64,000 nt of DNA, taken from Gammaproteobacteria bacterium (lineage in GTDB: Bacteria; Pseudomonadota; Gammaproteobacteria; Acidiferrobacterales; UBA6901). The notes beneath the pieces are model-generated. The model saw only the letters and a list, made by a program, of their open reading frames with translations. It was not told the DNA's origin and searched no databases. The translations under genes were made by a program, and so were the position numbers. Below, in pieces: positions 47,534-56,377 of the stretch; the stretch's first letter is position 1; every line of letters begins with the position of its first letter. The stretch is from the NCBI GenBank assembly GCA_028068195.1, contig JAPTTX010000086.1, positions 5,407 to 69,406 on the forward strand, written 5' to 3'.

Positions 47534-47803
47534 CTATTTCGTTGCCTCTTTGCCGTCATCTTCCCAGTAGTCGATAATGCCGACGATCGTGTAATCACTG
47601 GGATAATCATTGCTACCGGCGGCAGTACGTGCGGCTGAGCTTCCGACCACAATCACCCAATCCCCAGGCTTGCAACCGACCGGGTCCACCGCAACCTGCT
47701 TGGCGCTGCTGCCGCGCTCCTTAACCACCAGTAGCCGGCGGTTGCCGAGCTGGCCGATACGGGCGGTCGCGACGAGCGTCTTTTCAACCTGACAGATCTT
47801 CAT
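47534..47803 (-). CDS. csoS4A: carboxysome vertex pentamer CsoS4A (EutN/CcmL family)
   Basis: MKICQVEKTLVATARI...DPVGCKPGDWVIVVGSSAAR...IVGIIDYW. ATGA overlap with the csoSCA stop. Confidence 0.92.
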   Translation of the reverse strand: MKICQVEKTLVATARIGQLGNRRLLVVKERGSSAKQVAVDPVGCKPGDWVIVVGSSAARTAAGSNDYPSDYTIVGIIDYWEDDGKEATK

Positions 47804-49383
47804 TGTCTTGACTCCGATTTCTTGCAACCGCAGGCACACCGTTGACCGTCCGGCGTCTCCTGCGTGTCGACATCCTCGAGCTTGCTGCCCGCTGCTGAGT
47901 CCCCGACCGTACCATACGTATAAAGCCACCCTTCGCGCACGAGTTCCGAATAGCGGGACTCGATCGCGCACCTGAGCCGACGACAGCGCGCCACCGCGCG
48001 ATCCCGCGAGTCCGGCACCCGTCCGTCGTAACGAAAATGGATGAAGGCCGGGATAGGCAGGTCGTGCGCCATATTCACCTTTCGGAAAATCTTGATACCC
48101 ACGTCCATGTCGCCCGCACCCTCCTCAATCGTTTCCATCTGCGCCTGGTAGGCGAGATTGCGCATCTGCACGTCGTCGAAGTTGTCACCGACGGTTATGA
48201 ACCGCTCGGTGTGACCCAGATCCGCGTAACAACCGTTGTGCCAGGCACGCACGTAGTCGATCTGCGCCATGTTGTTCTTGAGAAGATATGCGCAGAACCA
48301 GCGCATCCCCTCGGTCGCTGCATCGTCCGGCGATACGCCGGCGGCATCGGCGACGGCGAGGCGAATTGCCTCCTTGGCCTCGTCGCGCGAGAGGCTCGCG
48401 GTGCGCTCGAACAGCACACGGTTGTCGACGCAGCGCTCAAGACTGATCTCGCCGCGTACGTCCGGCACGTGCACCTTGATCGCGTCATTGTCGGTATCGA
48501 CGCCAACGAGCAGCGTCGCCACCGCGGCACCGCAACAATGGCTGTTCTCGATCGCGCGCGCGAAGTCGTTGAGACGATCGAGCAGCGCCTGCGCGGCCTT
48601 GCGTTCGTCGCTGCCATGCGCGGCACAGCCCTCCTGGTTCGGGCGCGAACTGCTGAAGTGATACATGCCGATTTTGAGATAGCGTGTCGGCTCTCCGGCG
48701 GCGTTCGGCACGCCCTCGCGATACCGGCGCAATTCGATCTGCTCCCAGTTACGCATGCTCTCCTCGACGTCGAACATCGATCCGGCGAATGATTTTCGGT
48801 GCACGACCACCGCCGGCGGCACACGCAGGATGTAATCCACCACGCCGCTCAGGCGGCCGTCGGCGCATGGCGTTATGTCGATCGCATGAAATCCCCACTT
48901 ACGAATGACCTCGTCGGCCGGCTCCCCGTCCGAGAGGTCCGCATGACTGCGGTCGAAGTTGCGGTCCGCGAGCCGGCGGAAAGTCTGGAACACGCAGTAC
49001 GCATACAGACGGCGCATATTGAGCGGCCGCGCCCACGTCGCCTGCAGGCAGGAGACCGGCAACTCGAAGCCGAGTTGACCACGCACGAGTTGCTGGATAC
49101 GGTCTGCCGCGCCCTCCTGGTACTGCAGCGCCGCCGCGTCTTTGAGCGCCGGCTCGATCGCCGCAAACGCCGCGGTGATCTCGCTTTCGCGCTCGAGCAG
49201 TCGGCGGTTATGCACCGCGTCGTAGAGCGGATGGGCGCCCACCGATGCCACACTGCCGGCCACCGGTGGACTCTGTCCGAACAACGCGATATATGGATCG
49301 GTCAGCGCGGGCGTGGCGTCGTACGCGCCGGGACTGTAGGTGCCGGCCGCATGCCGACGCCATGTGTGCGTTGACGTTTTCAC
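47800..49383 (-). CDS. csoSCA: carboxysome shell carbonic anhydrase CsoSCA (CsoS3)
   Basis: WGFHAIDITPCADGRLSG and MYHFSS...EGCAAHGS (Zn ligands), collinear with the Halothiobacillus CsoSCA as recalled. GTG start preceded by GAGGAA. Confidence 0.92.
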   Translation of the reverse strand: MKTSTHTWRRHAAGTYSPGAYDATPALTDPYIALFGQSPPVAGSVASVGAHPLYDAVHNRRLLERESEITAAFAAIEPALKDAAALQYQEGAADRIQQLVRGQLGFELPVSCLQATWARPLNMRRLYAYCVFQTFRRLADRNFDRSHADLSDGEPADEVIRKWGFHAIDITPCADGRLSGVVDYILRVPPAVVVHRKSFAGSMFDVEESMRNWEQIELRRYREGVPNAAGEPTRYLKIGMYHFSSSRPNQEGCAAHGSDERKAAQALLDRLNDFARAIENSHCCGAAVATLLVGVDTDNDAIKVHVPDVRGEISLERCVDNRVLFERTASLSRDEAKEAIRLAVADAAGVSPDDAATEGMRWFCAYLLKNNMAQIDYVRAWHNGCYADLGHTERFITVGDNFDDVQMRNLAYQAQMETIEEGAGDMDVGIKIFRKVNMAHDLPIPAFIHFRYDGRVPDSRDRAVARCRRLRCAIESRYSELVREGWLYTYGTVGDSAAGSKLEDVDTQETPDGQRCACGCKKSESRQ

Positions 49384-49405
49384 GTGATCGTTCCTCTAGC
49401 CGCCT

Positions 49406-51394
49406 TCAGCCCTGCGCGCCGCCCGAGAGCGTGACCCGGGCGGCCGACTTCGCCGACCAACCCACCATGCCAGTGACCATCTTGCGCGGCTCTTCATGAT
49501 GACCCTTGCCCTTAAAGGCGGAGCTGCCCGCGAAGTTCTGCCGGTTGCCGGCCCGCTCACTCGGGTTGCGTCCGGTGGCAATGTAGTCCTCGGTGCCGGT
49601 CACATTGGCGCTCTCCGTCCAGGCGCTGCCCGTGATGGTAAGGCCTTCGACGCGACCCTCGCCCGTGACCCGGATACGCCCGCTGCGCTCGCCCTTCGCA
49701 CGCGGGGCGAAGACGAACTCCTGGTTGCCTGTGATCTTGCCATCGCCCACGGCAAACGATCCGGTGATGCGTCCGGCAGCGTTCGGAGTCTCCGCGGCGG
49801 CGTCATCGGCCCGCAACTGCGCCTCGCGCTGCGGCGAACGCACACTGAAGCGTCTGTTGATCTGCACGAGCACGTCGCATCCGGTGTCGCTCGCCAGTTG
49901 CTCGCGGTAGTACGGCGTGCCGGTGATGCTGCGTTCGGACCCGCGCTGCGTGCCCGTCACGCGATCCACGTTGAGCGGCGTGTCGCCAGTGACGCGGCTG
50001 CCCGCGGTCGGTTGTGACATCAGCGGCGCCCCGCCGGGACACGCCGCCTCGTACTGACTCGGGCCGACGTACGGCGTGCCGGTGACAGTACTGCACACGC
50101 CGTATTCATCGCCGGTGACGCGATCGTTGTGCTCCACGTCCACTCCGGTGACGTGCTGGTGCGTCCAGGTCTCAGACTCTGTCACTTTGGCGCCGGTGAC
50201 CGGATCGCCGCGCCCGTTGCGCATGAATGCCCGGCCTGCGCGCGCGCCGTTGTCGGCCTCACACAGCGGCTGGCGCGCGGCCGGCATGAGGTACTGATCG
50301 CCGGTGATGGGCCGGCACGTGCCGGACTCGTCGCCGGTTACGTTTACGCTGCGACCCACGGCGGAACCGGAGATCGGCAGACCGCCGTCGGTGAATTCCA
50401 GAGCACGATCGCGGCTGCGTTCGCGCGAGCCGACGGCGATCGCCGACCGCCCCAGGTTGGTGCCGAACACGCTATGGCCGTGCGGATTGTGCTGACGCTG
50501 GAACTGCATCGAGACGTAGGCGACGGACTCACGGCGTTCCAGCAGATCGTCACCGATTTCCTGGTCTGCCTCGCCGGTGATGCGCACGCTGCTGCCGTAT
50601 TCGTCACCGGTGATGGCGACCCTGCTGCGCACCTGCGTGCCAGTCACGATCAGACCGGCAGCTGTGCGCGAGGCGCCGACCTTGATGCCGCCCTCACGCG
50701 GCTGGAAACCGGTCTCCCTGCCGATGTACTGCGAGCCGGTCACCTGCAGCGACGAACCGCGTTCGTCACCGGTCACGTTCATGCCGCGACCGATGCGTAC
50801 ACCGGTCACCTTGCCCCCGGCGTAGGTCTCGCTGGTCGTGACCTTGGGCGCGTAATCCAGCTGCATCGCGTTGCGCACGCGCCCGCTCGGGCGCGCGGGC
50901 GCGGCGTCACCGCGGCCGTTCCTGGCGCGTGCCACACGCATCGCCTGGGCGGCCATACGCGCGGATCCCGCTGTGCACACCGGTTGCGCTACACTGCTGC
51001 CTGCGCTGCTGGCTGCGCTTTGTGTGAGCATGCCATCGGTGGCAGGGGCGACCGCGAGTGCCGAACCCGTGAACTGGCGCACAGCGTTCTTGCCAAGCGC
51101 CATCGCCTCGCGCCGTGCACGCGACAAATCGCGGCCCGAGAGAGCGTGGCTGGCGCCTGTGCGCACGGTGGGCGCCGGTGTGACGGCCGGCTGCGCCGGC
51201 GTCGCGCTCAACACCGGCGCCTGCATCGCAGGCGGCGTAGCCGTCGGCACGGATATCGCGCTGGCACTGCGATCGCCGGTACGTTGCCGCTCGCCCGGAG
51301 GCGGCAACGCGGCCTTGCCCTGCGCGAGCTGCGCACGGCGTGCGCGCGAGGCATTGCGCCCACCATCAGCCATGATCGCTGTAGTCGTGTTCAT
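49406..51394 (-). CDS. csoS2: carboxysome scaffold protein CsoS2
   Basis: N-terminal basic RuBisCO-binding repeats (SRARRAQLAQGKAA; LSRARREAMALGKNA). The middle and C-terminal parts hold many [VI][TS]G triplet repeats (VTGVRIGRGMNVTGDE..., VTGSQYIG...). GAGGA RBS. Confidence 0.92.
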   Translation of the reverse strand: MNTTTAIMADGGRNASRARRAQLAQGKAALPPPGERQRTGDRSASAISVPTATPPAMQAPVLSATPAQPAVTPAPTVRTGASHALSGRDLSRARREAMALGKNAVRQFTGSALAVAPATDGMLTQSAASSAGSSVAQPVCTAGSARMAAQAMRVARARNGRGDAAPARPSGRVRNAMQLDYAPKVTTSETYAGGKVTGVRIGRGMNVTGDERGSSLQVTGSQYIGRETGFQPREGGIKVGASRTAAGLIVTGTQVRSRVAITGDEYGSSVRITGEADQEIGDDLLERRESVAYVSMQFQRQHNPHGHSVFGTNLGRSAIAVGSRERSRDRALEFTDGGLPISGSAVGRSVNVTGDESGTCRPITGDQYLMPAARQPLCEADNGARAGRAFMRNGRGDPVTGAKVTESETWTHQHVTGVDVEHNDRVTGDEYGVCSTVTGTPYVGPSQYEAACPGGAPLMSQPTAGSRVTGDTPLNVDRVTGTQRGSERSITGTPYYREQLASDTGCDVLVQINRRFSVRSPQREAQLRADDAAAETPNAAGRITGSFAVGDGKITGNQEFVFAPRAKGERSGRIRVTGEGRVEGLTITGSAWTESANVTGTEDYIATGRNPSERAGNRQNFAGSSAFKGKGHHEEPRKMVTGMVGWSAKSAARVTLSGGAQG

Positions 51395-51476
51395 GCAGTC
51401 ATCCTCAATCAATCACATCTGATTCCACCGTACGGAACCTCGTCCAGCGTCCGTTCGTGTTGCATTCCGCCTTGTC

Positions 51477-51818
51477 TCAGCGGCCACCGGCGCGGTAGAC
51501 GATGAACGCCGTACCCATGGTCTGCGCGTAGTTGTCGTACCCTACGAGTCGCACGTGCTGGCCGGGGTAGGCGCGATGACAGGCCTCGAGCTCCGCCAGG
51601 ATCTTCTCCACCGAGGTCTCGCCGAAGAACGGCAGCTTCCACATGTACCAGTAGTGCGAGAACGACTTCTCCGGCTCGGTGTGTTCGATCGACGGATTCC
51701 AGCCCTGACTCACGAGGTACTGGATCTGCTTGCGGATCTTGTCCGGCGACAGCGGCGGCAGATACGAAAAGGTTTCTCCCTTGCGTTCCGTGGCCTTATA
51801 CGGTTGAACTTCTGGCAT
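51477..51818 (-). CDS. cbbS: RuBisCO small subunit (form IA)
   Basis: [32 protein letters not shown]...[20 protein letters not shown]. Confidence 0.96.
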   Translation of the reverse strand: MPEVQPYKATERKGETFSYLPPLSPDKIRKQIQYLVSQGWNPSIEHTEPEKSFSHYWYMWKLPFFGETSVEKILAELEACHRAYPGQHVRLVGYDNYAQTMGTAFIVYRAGGR

Positions 51819-51858
51819 GTCGTGACTCCTTCAAAATATGTTCAGTGAATGACGGCGT

Positions 51859-53280
51859 TCAGCGCGTCTGCGCATCGAGCTTGTCGACGGTGTCGAACTC
51901 GAACTTGATCTCCTTCCACGTCTCCATGGCGATCTTGAGCTCGGGGCTCGATTGCGCCGCCTCGGTCAGGATCTCGCGCCCTTCGCGTTCGACCGCACGG
52001 CCCTGATTGCGCGCTTCGACGCAGGCCTCGACAGCCACGCGATTGGCTGCCGCACCCGCGGCGTTGCCCCACGGATGGCCGAGCGTGCCGCCGCCGAACT
52101 GCAGGCAGGAGTCGTCGCCGAAGATCGCGACCAGCGCCGGCATGTGCCACACATGGATGCCGCCGGAGGCCACCGGTATCACACCCGGCATGGAGCCCCA
52201 ATCCTGATCGAAGAAGATGCCGCGGCTGCGGCTTTCCGGCACGAACGACTCGCGCATCAGATCGATCCAGCCGATGGTCGCCTCGCGGTCGCCTTCGAGC
52301 TTGCCCACGACGGTGCCGGAGTGCAGATGGTCTCCGCCCGAGAGACGCAGGCACTTGGTCAGCACCCGGAAGTGGATGCCGTGGTACGGGTTGCGGTCGA
52401 TCACCGCATGCATCGCGCGATGGATGTGCAGCAACACCCCGTTCTTGCGGCACCAGTTGGCGAGCGAGGTGTTGGCCGTGAAGCCGCCCGTCAGGAAGTC
52501 ATGCATGATGATGGGCGCGCCCAGGCTCTTCGCAAATTCGGCACGTTCCAGCATGTCCTCGCACGTCGGCGAGGTGACGTTGAGATAGTGGCCCTTGCGC
52601 TCGCCGGTTTCGGCCTCGGCCTTGTGCACGGCCTCCATCACGAACTCGAAGCGATGGCGCCAGCGCATGAACGGCTGCGAGTTGATGTTTTCGTCATCCT
52701 TTGTGAAGTCAAGACCCCCGCGCAGGCATTCGTACACGGCGCGGCCGTAGTTCTTGGCCGAGAGACCGAGCTTCGGTTTGATTGTGCAGCCGAGCATCGG
52801 GCGGCCGTACTTGTTGAGGCGATCGCGTTCGACCTGGATGCCATTCGGCGGGCCGCCGCAGGTCTTCACGTACGCGATCGGAAAGCGAATGTCCTCGAGG
52901 CGCAGGCTGCGGATCGCCTTGAAGCCAAACACGTTTCCGACAAGCGAAGTCAGCACGTTCACCACCGACCCCTCTTCGAACAGGTCGATCGGATAGGCCA
53001 CGAAGGCATAGAAGGCGTTCGGATCGCCGGGCACCGGTTCGATGCGATAGGCGCGACCCTTGTAGTAATCGAGGTCGGTCAGCAGATCGGTCCACACCGT
53101 GGTCCAAGTGCCGGTGGAGGACTCGGCCGCGACCGCGGCCGCCGCTTCTTCGGGCGGCACACCAGATTGCGCCACAACCTTGAAGCACGCCAACAGGTCG
53201 GTGTCGAGCGGCACATAGTCCGGTGTCCAGTAGGTCTTTCGGTATTCTTTGACGCCTGCGTGGTAGGTCTTCTCAGCCAT
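51859..53280 (-). CDS. cbbL: RuBisCO large subunit (form IA)
   Basis: [48 protein letters not shown] and [13 protein letters not shown]. Start at 53280 after AGGAGC. Confidence 0.97.
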   Translation of the reverse strand: MAEKTYHAGVKEYRKTYWTPDYVPLDTDLLACFKVVAQSGVPPEEAAAAVAAESSTGTWTTVWTDLLTDLDYYKGRAYRIEPVPGDPNAFYAFVAYPIDLFEEGSVVNVLTSLVGNVFGFKAIRSLRLEDIRFPIAYVKTCGGPPNGIQVERDRLNKYGRPMLGCTIKPKLGLSAKNYGRAVYECLRGGLDFTKDDENINSQPFMRWRHRFEFVMEAVHKAEAETGERKGHYLNVTSPTCEDMLERAEFAKSLGAPIIMHDFLTGGFTANTSLANWCRKNGVLLHIHRAMHAVIDRNPYHGIHFRVLTKCLRLSGGDHLHSGTVVGKLEGDREATIGWIDLMRESFVPESRSRGIFFDQDWGSMPGVIPVASGGIHVWHMPALVAIFGDDSCLQFGGGTLGHPWGNAAGAAANRVAVEACVEARNQGRAVEREGREILTEAAQSSPELKIAMETWKEIKFEFDTVDKLDAQTR

Positions 53281-53460
53281 GTTCGCTCCTGCAATAAATT
53301 TAAGTTGAACCGTTTCACGGCCCGGTGACTCGGATCCGGTCTGCACCCGTTCACAACTCTCGGCGCCACCGCACTCGCGTCGCCCTGCCTGTACCGGCGC
53401 CAGCGCGACACCGAACTCTGTTGTTGCGCAGACAATAGACGGCGACTGATGCATCGAGAA

Positions 53461-53488
53461 ATAGATATTTGAAATGCGACCTATAGAT
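53461..53488. promoter_or_regulatory. ATAGAT / CTATAGAT motif pair upstream of cbbL (candidate CbbR operator)
   Basis: Reads atagat-attt-gaaatgcgac-ctatagat, about 180-205 nt upstream of cbbL. The same hexamer forms the palindromes upstream of cbbR (60074-60110). Confidence 0.4.
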
Positions 53489-53957
53489 TTTCACGCGCGG
53501 CACGTAAGGCGCGGTGTGTCAATTGCGTTCTAAAAGGGACCTCTGGACTTTGAGTTTGCAATACAAAAGACACGGCGACACGGAGGGTCCCGGCGTTGAA
53601 TCTTCGCAGGATTTACCCTGCGCTTCTGCGTTGAGGCATCCTGCCAAATCATAATCCGTCAGAGTCGGAGAGATCGCGCCCGCTCGTGCCAATTCCCGAT
53701 GTACATATAGACGCACGTAGATTGAAGCAATCGCGAATTTCTATTTCCTGACCTCCATTGCGCCGCCTATCCTTCAGCTTCATTCAACAGAGCGCCGCGC
53801 GCACAGATGAACACACCCGCATACCTCGCATTGCATGCTCTGGCCGTACGCCTCCGCATCCGATGAGACTCTTAAATGGCTGCGAACCATTTCCTGGACC
53901 AGGTCCTGACTATCTGCACCACTCAGGCGTTGATCGGAATCGAGGGAATTTGACAAG

Positions 53958-55637
53958 GTGGATAAACTGATAGTTCTACTTCCGGCTTTGCCATTGCTAT
54001 CGGCCGTGATCAATGCGCTGCTTCCTAACAACAAGCGCCGGCGCGTGGCACGCATCAGTATAGGTTCTGCCACCATTACGCTGCTGCTCGCCGCCATGAC
54101 ACTGGTCGAGTACCTCTGTGTTCCGCAGCCGACGCTGGTGTGGCTCGGCGTTCACTGGGGCAGCCTGTATCTTGATCCGCTTGCCTGCATCATGACGCTG
54201 GGTGTCGCCAGCATTAATCTCGTAGTGCACGTATATTCCGCGCGCTACATGGCCGAAGAATCAGGCTACACGCGCTTTTATGTGCTGTTGGATCTCATGG
54301 CCGCCGCCATCCTGCTCATGGTGACTGCAGGGGACCTGATTACCCTGCTGTTGGCCTGGAATCTGATCGGCGTGCTGTTGTATTTTCTGCTGGGCCACGA
54401 CACACGCCGCGCGACTGCGCAGCGTTACGCGTTTTGGACGTTTTTCACCTATCGATTAGGCGACCTTCCACTGATTCTCGCCGCAGTGCTGCTAGTGCAG
54501 GCCTACCACACCTTGTCTCTGCCGCTGCTGTTTGAACGAATTGCTGCGGCGCCCGAGGCACACACCGCCTTCGGCTTGCCGCTCATGACGACTGCAGGCC
54601 TGCTGATTGCGCTTGCGGGTTTCGCGCGTTCCGCCCAGTTCCCGCTGCATACATGGCTACCCTACACCATGGAAGGACCGACGCCCGTGTCAGTACTGAT
54701 GCACGCGGGTATCGTCAATGCCGGCGGGTTTCTCATTAACCTTTTCGCGCCTGTCTTCGTGTACGCGGGCGATGTGCTACATCTTTTGTTCGCGGTCGGC
54801 TTGATAACCGCCCTTCTTGGATCAGTTCTGATGTTGACGCAGAACGATGTCAAGAAGGCACTCGGTTATTCAACCATGGGCCAGATGGGATTCATGTTTG
54901 TTGAATGTGGTGTCGGCGCCTTTTCGCTGGCCATCTACCACCTGATTGCGCACGGTCTGTTCAAAGGCACACTGTTCCTGAGCTCAGGCGGCGTGATCGG
55001 CGACGCCCGCAAGCACGACGGGGTGCCGCACGATGACGTCTACACCTTTGTGGTGGAGCGGCGGCCAGTCGCCTCGCGCCTGCCGTGGGTGGCCGCCGCG
55101 GTGATCACTGTGGTGGTGCCGATCGCGGTGCTCGGTCTGTCGCACTGGCTTGTGGGCAGCCATTTTGTGGGACAGCAGGGCGCTGTCGTCCTGCTGTTTT
55201 TCGGGTGGGTCACCGGCGCACAATTGCTGTTTGCGACCTATCGACTGCGCGCCGAGAGCCCGTGGCGGACGATGGCCATGGTCATTCTGTCTCTGGTCGT
55301 CGTGGTGGCTGGCTATACACTGATCGCGCATGCTTTTGATCTGTTCCTGTATCCAGACCGCGCGTTGAGTGCACGCATCTTTGCCGCCGCCAGCATCCCG
55401 CTCACCACCTTCGAGATCCTGGTCGGAATCCTAACCCTTTCAATCGTTTCAGGCTGGCTCGCCACCTATTATACCAACGACAAGGGAGACAAGCGTAACG
55501 ATAACCCTTCGGAGTTGCGGCTTGCATTTTACTCGCTGGTGTCGCGCGAGTTCTATGTCGCTGACGTTTACGCCTGGATGAATCAGGTAGTGCTACATCT
55601 GTCGCGCCGACTGAACGTCTGGGCGAGGTGGGTGTAA
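53958..55637 (+). CDS. dabB: DabB: NuoL/MnhA-like proton-conducting membrane subunit of a DAB-type inorganic-carbon pump
   Basis: 559 aa, Proton_antipo_M-type (WNLIGVLLYFLLGH; AQFPLHTWLPYTMEGPTPVSVLMHAGIVNAGGFL; MGQMGFMFVECGVGAF..AIYHLIAHGLFKG). GTG start. Divergent from cbbL. Confidence 0.85.
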   Translation: MDKLIVLLPALPLLSAVINALLPNNKRRRVARISIGSATITLLLAAMTLVEYLCVPQPTLVWLGVHWGSLYLDPLACIMTLGVASINLVVHVYSARYMAEESGYTRFYVLLDLMAAAILLMVTAGDLITLLLAWNLIGVLLYFLLGHDTRRATAQRYAFWTFFTYRLGDLPLILAAVLLVQAYHTLSLPLLFERIAAAPEAHTAFGLPLMTTAGLLIALAGFARSAQFPLHTWLPYTMEGPTPVSVLMHAGIVNAGGFLINLFAPVFVYAGDVLHLLFAVGLITALLGSVLMLTQNDVKKALGYSTMGQMGFMFVECGVGAFSLAIYHLIAHGLFKGTLFLSSGGVIGDARKHDGVPHDDVYTFVVERRPVASRLPWVAAAVITVVVPIAVLGLSHWLVGSHFVGQQGAVVLLFFGWVTGAQLLFATYRLRAESPWRTMAMVILSLVVVVAGYTLIAHAFDLFLYPDRALSARIFAAASIPLTTFEILVGILTLSIVSGWLATYYTNDKGDKRNDNPSELRLAFYSLVSREFYVADVYAWMNQVVLHLSRRLNVWARWV

Positions 55638-56377
55638 TGCTTCTCTTTGTCGCCCTTTTCCTGCCCCTATACCCGCTGAGCGCAGTGCAGAATCTGATAC
55701 TCATGCGGCTCCGTACACCGGTTGCGCGCGCGGCGCTGCTGCTGCTCTGGCCGCAGATCGGTGTCGCCTTGCTGTATGTGTTGCGGCTTGAGATTCCCGC
55801 ATTTGTTGTGATATGGGCGCTGCTGAGCGCCGCTTTCTACGCGTTGCGCCTGCTCACGGTGCGTGATCTCCGGTTGTGGGCCTCCCTTCTTTCCAGTTCG
55901 GCGCTCGCGCTGACCTGGGGACTCGTCGCTCACGGCGCAGACATCGCCCAACTTTCCCTGTTCGTGATCTGGTTGAGCCTGCCGGCAGCACTGCTCGTGC
56001 TGCTGACCGGTCCGGTCGTACGGCGTCTTGGCGCCGCCTACGCTGGCCTGTACGCGGGCATCGTTGAACACCAGCCGCGCCTGGCGGTGATACTGACGGC
56101 CGTCGTGTTGTGCACCGTGGCCACTCCGCCCTTCCCGGGATTTTTTGCCATGTTGGATCTGTTGCGAGACCTCAGCAGCGCAGCGGCACTTGGCGTGCTT
56201 GGCATCTGGCTGATCTGGGGATGGTCAGCGACGCGCCTATTGCAGGGTTTCGTCGTCGCCAGCAGCAGCCGCGAGATCGATGCCCCGGACCTCGGGCGGG
56301 GCGGCATGGCGACGTATGTGGTCGCCCTTTTTATCTTTGCAGCAGCCAGTCTGCATTTCACAGGAGGTGGTCTGTGA
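55637..56377 (+). CDS. short (246 aa) antiporter-subunit-like membrane protein inserted between dabB and dabA
   Basis: About 8 TM. The segment HQPRLAVILTAVVLCTVATPPFPGFFAMLDLL resembles the conserved ...L.G.PP..GF..K helix of NuoM/N/Mrp subunits. TAATG overlap with dabB and GTGA overlap with dabA. Confidence 0.65.
   Translation: MLLFVALFLPLYPLSAVQNLILMRLRTPVARAALLLLWPQIGVALLYVLRLEIPAFVVIWALLSAAFYALRLLTVRDLRLWASLLSSSALALTWGLVAHGADIAQLSLFVIWLSLPAALLVLLTGPVVRRLGAAYAGLYAGIVEHQPRLAVILTAVVLCTVATPPFPGFFAMLDLLRDLSSAAALGVLGIWLIWGWSATRLLQGFVVASSSREIDAPDLGRGGMATYVVALFIFAAASLHFTGGGL

Noticed and set aside
50129-53328. Two 458-aa plus-strand ORFs (50129-51505 and 51952-53328) opposite csoS2 and cbbL
   Set aside because: Both are antisense to unmistakable CsoS2 and RuBisCO large-subunit genes, a typical GC-rich mirror-frame artefact.
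53281-53454. N-terminal extension of cbbL to 53454, and similar extensions of narG, narH, purE, csoS4A, nsrR and fdxA in the ORF track
   Set aside because: Conserved N-termini and SD sequences support the internal starts given in the features. The extensions are non-conserved read-through from the nearest upstream stop.
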